Positions 58,407 through 64,000 of a DNA stretch of 64,000 nucleotides are shown one piece after another (the stretch's first letter is position 1; each line of letters opens with the position of its first letter). The notes beneath the pieces are model-generated. The model was not told the DNA's origin, searched no databases, and was given only the letters and a program-made list of their open reading frames with translations. Location: the NCBI GenBank assembly GCA_965602905.1, contig CBFCZY010000003.1, positions 86,064 through 150,063 on the forward strand, written 5' to 3'. The stretch comes from an uncultured bacterium (GTDB lineage Bacteria > SAR324 > XYD2-FULL-50-16). A program made the translations under genes and the position numbers.

Positions 58407-59981
58407 ATGCTGGAATTTTTTTCCTTGGCTCAAGATAAATCAGGAAATTTGGAAAGAGTATCCTATAAATTAGGTCTCTTAGAGTTACTTTTTGCCTTTT
58501 TATCGCTAAATGAAAGCTGCAATGGGGAAAAAAGACAGATCTTGAAAAATATCCAAGCTGGCCTTGAAGAGCATCTAAAATATTCTGACCCTAATGTAAG
58601 GCGTGAAAAAAACTTCCGTTTTGCTACCAGTCGTTGGCTAAGATTAAAGGATCTGGCTAATTTTATTTTAAGCGACGATGGCAAGGCAGACTTGCGAGTT
58701 AAAATTGCTAGCATCCTAGTTCAGGCCTCTTCCATTGAAAATAAATGGGATAAAATTAAGCAAACCCTGACTGCCGATCTCAATGAAGAAAGCTTTACCA
58801 GCCTTTCTCAAGCATACTCCTTTGAAACGGGGGAAATGCACCCAGTTTTAGAGTGGATCGCCCTTTGTTTTTTAGAGCAAGACCCAGAGCCACCACCTCC
58901 AAATTTAAGATTAGAACTGGTGCGAGGTGAGTTCCCTAAAAGCTTTTGGGCCGCCAGAAAAGGCTCTTACCATAAGCCCAATCCCTTTTGGTTGCCAAAA
59001 AATCCACTTTGCCATGCCGTAAATTTGGGGCAAGAATTGACCTGTCTTTTGTTGCAGACAGAAAAAACATTACAAAAAATTAACAACAATAGCCCCTTGG
59101 GCAGACCCAGTTCAATCACTTTAGACTTACCCGGTGCCAAAGAGGAAAAGGGACAGCTTTCTTTGATCCCTGAAACACCAGCGGAAACCTTTTTAAAACT
59201 CCAAGGCTTGATCGAAAAAAAGTTAGGGGCCAACGGAGTTCGGCATTTATTTGGAATTTTACGACAGGTTGCAAAGGCAGAAAATACCAGTTTCTTCTTT
59301 GACTATTTCTCCCATGCCGAGTTGTTAGGTTACCACAAAGACCAAGTCAATAAATACGAGACAGAAGAGAAAAATCTTGAAGAGGTGCTTTCTATTTTAA
59401 ATAAAGTAGAGGTTAAGCGCCGCTACATTAAGGAAAAGCCCATGCTGGAACGAGCGACTCCACTTTTTAATGGAATGACCAAGCATTACCGAGGTATTTC
59501 GAAAAAGGTGGCAGGCCAAGAGTTGGCTCTTGATGCTTTTGTGCTTGGTGATGGTACCAGTTTAAGGCTCGGTGCTCATCTGAACTTGGTGCCCATGCGT
59601 GCCTTTTTGGAAGACACTAAAAAACATAAATTTTTGCTGCCCCTTGCAGCCTACTTGGCTGGCTCTTGGGTTTTGGAATTTAACAGTAATCGTGGGCACT
59701 TACAAAAAAACACGAAAGAGCTTTTGGAAGGTTGCGCCCTAAAAATTGCCCCCCAAGCAAAAAGAACCATTTTAACAAAGTTGCAGTCTGAGCTAGATTA
59801 CCTGAAAGAAAAGGCCTATGTTGGATCAATAAAAGCGCTAAAGGTGGAAGCATTAGAATCTAGTGCAACTGACCCTTACTTGCAAAAATTTGAAATCACG
59901 CCACCACCTGCCCTCTTGCAAAACATGCAAGCTTCCTATGCAGATGCTGGCCACGGGGCAGCCTCGGGTATGCTCTTTTAG
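58407..59981 (+). CDS. hypothetical protein (524 aa)
   Basis: Long ORF with no recognisable domain. Confidence 0.5.
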   Translation: MLEFFSLAQDKSGNLERVSYKLGLLELLFAFLSLNESCNGEKRQILKNIQAGLEEHLKYSDPNVRREKNFRFATSRWLRLKDLANFILSDDGKADLRVKIASILVQASSIENKWDKIKQTLTADLNEESFTSLSQAYSFETGEMHPVLEWIALCFLEQDPEPPPPNLRLELVRGEFPKSFWAARKGSYHKPNPFWLPKNPLCHAVNLGQELTCLLLQTEKTLQKINNNSPLGRPSSITLDLPGAKEEKGQLSLIPETPAETFLKLQGLIEKKLGANGVRHLFGILRQVAKAENTSFFFDYFSHAELLGYHKDQVNKYETEEKNLEEVLSILNKVEVKRRYIKEKPMLERATPLFNGMTKHYRGISKKVAGQELALDAFVLGDGTSLRLGAHLNLVPMRAFLEDTKKHKFLLPLAAYLAGSWVLEFNSNRGHLQKNTKELLEGCALKIAPQAKRTILTKLQSELDYLKEKAYVGSIKALKVEALESSATDPYLQKFEITPPPALLQNMQASYADAGHGAASGMLF

Positions 59982-59995
59982 TTTGATCTATTTAT

Positions 59996-60919
59996 ATGTC
60001 TAAAGTTATCTTTATGGGCACGCCCCATTTCGCCTGTGTGACCCTTGAAGCCGTTATTGCCGCAGGCCACGAAGTTTGTTTGGTTGTTTGCCAACCTGAT
60101 AAAAAACAGGGACGAGGCCACAAATTTAGCCCCCCGCCAGTTAAAAAATTAGCCTTAGAGCATAACATAGAAGTCTTTCAACCGACCAAGCTGAAAGCCC
60201 CTGAAACCCACGAAAAATTAGCCAGTTACAATGCAGATTTTTTTGCCGTTGTGGCCTATGGGCGAATTTTGCCACAAGCTATTTTAGATATCCCCAAATT
60301 GGCCTGCATTAATGTTCATGGTTCATTGTTACCCCTATACAGAGGTGCCGCGCCCATTCACTTTGCCCTTTTAGAAGGTAAGGCTGTTACTGGGGTCACC
60401 ACCATGAAAATGGATGCTGGGCTAGATACCGGCGATATGTTGCTTGTATCTGAGACTCAAGTTGAGGAAGATGATAACCTTGAGACCCTATCGATCAAGT
60501 TAGCTCAGTCTGGTGGAGAACTCCTTACAAAAACTTTAGCTGAATTTGACTCTATCATGCCAATTGCGCAGGACCATGATAAAGCGACCCATACAAGATT
60601 ACTCACCAAGGAAGACCGAGTGATAGATTGGAGTAAAAAAGACATAGAAATTTTCAACCAACTGAAAGCTTTTGCCCCAAAACCCGGATTGACGACAGAA
60701 TTTAGAGGTAAGGGAATTAATATTAAAGGTTTGGACTTAGGGCCAGAAGAAAAAGACCTGAAACCAGGCGAATTACTGGCGCAGGAGGGGCAATTATTTG
60801 TTGGCTGCGCAAGTGGCTGTTTGCAAATTTTAGAACTCCAACCAGAGTCTAAAAAATCCCAAGAGGCCTCCCAGTGGCTCAATGGCTACCAGTTGCAGGC
60901 TGGGGAGTTTTTTAAATAA
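59996..60919 (+). CDS. fmt: methionyl-tRNA formyltransferase
   Basis: IFMGTP N-terminus and the HGSLLPLYRGAAPI catalytic block. Confidence 0.9.
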   Translation: MSKVIFMGTPHFACVTLEAVIAAGHEVCLVVCQPDKKQGRGHKFSPPPVKKLALEHNIEVFQPTKLKAPETHEKLASYNADFFAVVAYGRILPQAILDIPKLACINVHGSLLPLYRGAAPIHFALLEGKAVTGVTTMKMDAGLDTGDMLLVSETQVEEDDNLETLSIKLAQSGGELLTKTLAEFDSIMPIAQDHDKATHTRLLTKEDRVIDWSKKDIEIFNQLKAFAPKPGLTTEFRGKGINIKGLDLGPEEKDLKPGELLAQEGQLFVGCASGCLQILELQPESKKSQEASQWLNGYQLQAGEFFK

Positions 60920-62190
60920 TGGGTGAAGAAAAAAAGACGGTAAATGTATTTTTGGCTGCCGTTCATATTAAAAATACTCCCTTAGAAGACACGCAAGAAT
61001 CCATGAAAGAACTGGAAGCCCTATGTGTTACCTTGGGCTTTAATGTTGTGGGCCAGGAAATTCAATCTCGACCTTCCTTTGAGAGTAAGACCTTTTTAGG
61101 AAAGGGAAAGCTGGAAGAGATTAAGGCTTTTATGGAAGAGTTTGGAGCCGATACTTTGGTCATGGATACAGAGCTGAGCCCCAAGCAGGGAATCAATGTT
61201 GAACAGTCATTGGATGCTATGGTCCTAGATCGAAGCCAAGTAATACTGGAAATTTTCTCAGACCACGCACGAACCCCTGAATCCAAAGCTCAGGTAGAGC
61301 TTGCCCGTTTGTATTACATGCTCCCAAGGTTGCTAGGCATGTGGTCTCACTTAGACCGTGAAAAGGGGGGGATTTCAGCCTCAAGAGGGACAGGTGAAAA
61401 GCAAATATCTATTGATCGGAATATTGTCCGCAAAAGGATGTCGAAACTACAGAAGGATCTGGGGCGCATTGAAAAGCAAAGGCAAAATCAGAGCAAACAA
61501 CGGGATAATGTCTTTTCTGTCAGCCTTGTGGGCTACACAAATGCAGGTAAAACCACCCTGCTCAAAAGCCTGACAGGTAAAGGTGATGGTGGGAAAGATG
61601 TGCTTTTTGCAACTTTAGAATCTACCACCAGAAAACTTACTGGTCTAACCAAGCCTGATATTTTACTTTCGGACACTGTGGGTTTTATCCAAAAACTGCC
61701 ACATCATTTGATTGCTAGTTTTCGCTCTACCTTGGCGGTGGTCCATGAAGCCGATCTATTGCTCCATGTAGTGGATGCCTCTAGTGTAAAAATCTTCTTA
61801 GAGATTGAAACTACCTTAGCTGCCTTGAAAGAAATTGGGGCAGATAAAGTGCCTCGGTTATTAATTTTAAATAAAGCAGACCTCATTGCCAATGATGTGG
61901 AATTGATCATATTGAAAAAAACCTTTTCAAATGCTTTGTTTGTCTCTAATCTGGAAAGCAAAACAATTGAAGAGCTTAAGGTGGCGATTCAGGAACACTT
62001 TAGTAAAACCTTTGTAACAGAAAAAATAACGCTCACCTATGATATGGGTGGCATATTATCTAAGCTTTATCCCTTTTGTATTGTTGACAAGGTTGACTAT
62101 GTAGAAGAAGGGATGGTGGTTGAATACACAGCAACCATTCCAAATGATAAAACTATAAAAAAAATGATAAAGGATATGGAGAATAAATGA
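60919..62190 (+). CDS. hflX: GTPase HflX
   Basis: HflX N-domain and the G-domain motifs GYTNAGKTTL, DTVGF and NKAD. Confidence 0.85.
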   Translation: MGEEKKTVNVFLAAVHIKNTPLEDTQESMKELEALCVTLGFNVVGQEIQSRPSFESKTFLGKGKLEEIKAFMEEFGADTLVMDTELSPKQGINVEQSLDAMVLDRSQVILEIFSDHARTPESKAQVELARLYYMLPRLLGMWSHLDREKGGISASRGTGEKQISIDRNIVRKRMSKLQKDLGRIEKQRQNQSKQRDNVFSVSLVGYTNAGKTTLLKSLTGKGDGGKDVLFATLESTTRKLTGLTKPDILLSDTVGFIQKLPHHLIASFRSTLAVVHEADLLLHVVDASSVKIFLEIETTLAALKEIGADKVPRLLILNKADLIANDVELIILKKTFSNALFVSNLESKTIEELKVAIQEHFSKTFVTEKITLTYDMGGILSKLYPFCIVDKVDYVEEGMVVEYTATIPNDKTIKKMIKDMENK

Positions 62191-62717
62191 AAAAATTACT
62201 AGTTACCCTTTTAATCACATGCCTCCCCTTTGCTTTGATGGCAGAGCCAAAAGTAGGCAGCACCCTCAGCCCTGTTGTTTTAGACGGAAAAGCAGGTGGT
62301 TTAGTCAGTGGTGGTGCTTGGGACTCTGCAGCTACCTTTAAAGGGAAAGTCTCACTTGTATTTTATGTTGATGTTGATGAAAAAGACCTAAACTCTCACG
62401 CAGTTGCAGAGTTTAAAAAGGTAAAGCGTGTTTCAGAGAAATTTCAGTCTCTAGTGATCATCAACATGGATGCCACCTGGAAGCCCAATTCTATTATTTC
62501 TTCTCTTTTAGAAGACTCTCAAAAAGAAAACCCCAAGACTATCTATGTTAAAGACATGAAAAAAGCTTTGGTAAAGTCTTGGAACATGGGGGATGATACT
62601 TCCGACATTATGGCTATTGGCCCTATGGGTGAAGTTTTATTTGCAAGAGATGGAAAGCTAAGTGACGCTGATATTAAAGATATTATGGCGAAGATCTCGG
62701 CTGCAATCGCAAAGTAA
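62187..62717 (+). CDS. periplasmic protein of unknown function (possibly YtfJ-like)
   Basis: Signal peptide. 176 aa. Confidence 0.45.
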   Translation: MKKLLVTLLITCLPFALMAEPKVGSTLSPVVLDGKAGGLVSGGAWDSAATFKGKVSLVFYVDVDEKDLNSHAVAEFKKVKRVSEKFQSLVIINMDATWKPNSIISSLLEDSQKENPKTIYVKDMKKALVKSWNMGDDTSDIMAIGPMGEVLFARDGKLSDADIKDIMAKISAAIAK

Positions 62718-62728
62718 AGGCTGAGAGT

Positions 62729-63547
62729 TTAAGCTCTGATCCTTTGGATATTCACTTCATCACCTAAGGTGATGAGGTGAAACCCAGCCCATGCTCCTTT
62801 AGCATGTCTTGCTGTGCCACCGCTGCACACAGTTTGCAATTTGTGATCTGAATAGGGCCGATGTGCCCAACTTTTATGGATGTGACCATGAAGGTATAAT
62901 TCTACTTCAGCATCTTTTAAAATCTGCTCAAAAATTTCTACATTTTTAAGTTTGTGCATCTTGGCCTCATTGATCCCTTGGGGCAAAAATGCCGCATAGT
63001 GACCCAATACAATAATCCGTTTATTTCGTGCTTCTTCTAAGACCCGCCTTAAAGCATCTTCTTCAAACCAACCCCTTGAGTCATAAAAAGCATTGGGTTC
63101 CGCTTGGTTGATTAAGATAGCTTGCCACTGGTCATCAAGAGAAACTGAGGCAATTCCCTTCTCAAAGCTAGGTAGGTAGTCTCCAAAAGCCTTTTCTAAC
63201 CTATTATGGTAGGATGCATTGGCTGTGTAGCAATCGTGGTTGCCAGGGATAACTAGAGGATTTGGTTTTTGTAAAAAGGGTTCTAATGCCTCTTTGGCAA
63301 TAGCGAACTCGCAATCTAAAGAAAGACTAGAAATGTCCCCCGTAAAGGCCAGTTGGTCCCAAGGCAGTTGCAAGGCCTTAGTTAGAGCGGCGTTTCTGGT
63401 CTTAGAGCTAAATCTTCTACTGGGGTTGAGTTTTAGATTGTAAAACCCAAGTAACCCTTTATCCACCCCTTGAGACAAAACCTCTTTAAGGTGTAGGTCT
63501 TTTGCCCCAAAGTGCAAATCGCTTAAATGCAGTAGGGTAGTCGACAT
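62729..63547 (-). CDS. calcineurin-like metallophosphoesterase
   Basis: LHLSDLHFG, GNHD and GHxH motifs. Confidence 0.75.
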   Translation of the reverse strand: MSTTLLHLSDLHFGAKDLHLKEVLSQGVDKGLLGFYNLKLNPSRRFSSKTRNAALTKALQLPWDQLAFTGDISSLSLDCEFAIAKEALEPFLQKPNPLVIPGNHDCYTANASYHNRLEKAFGDYLPSFEKGIASVSLDDQWQAILINQAEPNAFYDSRGWFEEDALRRVLEEARNKRIIVLGHYAAFLPQGINEAKMHKLKNVEIFEQILKDAEVELYLHGHIHKSWAHRPYSDHKLQTVCSGGTARHAKGAWAGFHLITLGDEVNIQRIRA

Positions 63548-63879
63548 TATTTAGGTGCTCTCGCAATCGTACTTTGATCGTTAATGATTTCAGGTGCTGT
63601 GATGAGATCATTGGTCGCTGAAACCTGTGCGACCTTCAATAATTTTGGGTGCTCCTCCTGCATATCCTTCAGGCTAATGTCTGCGGCAGTAGTATTTTCA
63701 AAAAATCCGACTTTTAAACGATATTGATGTTTTCCCTTGGTCACAGTCTGCATCGTTAAATAACTAAAACTAACAAAGGGGGAAACAGCAATAATTTGCT
63801 GTAAAGCCTTGTCCAAAGAGTTCACAGGAGAAAAAGAAATGGCCATGGGCTTACTTCTTTGAATTCTAAAGTCAGCCAA
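63547..63879 (-). CDS. hypothetical protein with a SPOR-like C-terminal region
   Basis: YRLKVGFFENTTAADISL resembles a SPOR repeat. Its 4-nt overlap with the downstream gene suggests an operon. Confidence 0.35.
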   Translation of the reverse strand: MADFRIQRSKPMAISFSPVNSLDKALQQIIAVSPFVSFSYLTMQTVTKGKHQYRLKVGFFENTTAADISLKDMQEEHPKLLKVAQVSATNDLITAPEIINDQSTIARAPK

Positions 63880-64000
63880 TTGGGAAGAAATTTCATCAAT
63901 AGTGGGGAGTACAACCCATAATTTTTTAGAAATTATAGGATGGTCTGGAAAGAGCAGAGCAATTTTTTCCCCAGCATCAACGGCATCCTCTTCACTATCA

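Overview
This 64 kb window is a gene-dense chromosomal segment from a Gram-negative bacterium, about 42% GC. It encodes sigma-54 activators and many PAS/GAF histidine kinases, a System I cytochrome c maturation cluster, and a sulfate assimilation operon. Coding density is high on both strands, and several neighbouring genes overlap at their start and stop codons. The recognisable blocks, in order, are: a 5'-truncated nnr-like gene; frr; a clpB-like gene preceded by a perfect CIRCE/HrcA operator; a sigma-54 activator; argC; a ComFB-like gene; a hybrid histidine kinase; nupC; ogt; a ClC channel; dapF; aat; gshB; a MATE efflux gene; ccm(D)EFGH(I); zapA; gpmI; lpxD; rnc; rluB; ubiE; a TPR protein; an NtrX-like and NtrY-like pair; glgC; a response regulator plus histidine kinase; a large hybrid sensor lacking its phospho-acceptor His; gltA; two tandem 2Fe-2S ferredoxins; an AEC transporter; a minus-strand sulfur block; gltX; two large unassigned proteins; fmt; hflX; and a metallophosphoesterase. 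Three items the ORF track does not explain stand out. (1) A 74-codon SelW/Rdx-family selenoprotein gene at 11649..11873 on the minus strand has an in-frame TGA in a YCGAU motif and is hidden from standard ORF calling. (2) The sulfur block joins cysD, cysN (with a C-terminal APS-kinase-like domain that appears catalytically dead), an APS-reductase-type cysH and a sulfite reductase fused to a TusA-like domain with a protein-thiocarboxylate module: a JAMM protease, a ThiF/MoeB E1, MetY and a ThiS-like carrier ending GG-GSK. A CymR-like Rrf2 regulator sits next to it. (3) About 0.9 kb downstream of zapA has no credible ORF. It carries degenerate tandem repeats, many hairpins, two 98-nt direct repeats and a strong intrinsic terminator, so it is a candidate structured ncRNA locus. 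No tRNA, rRNA, CRISPR array, transposase or integrase was recognised.
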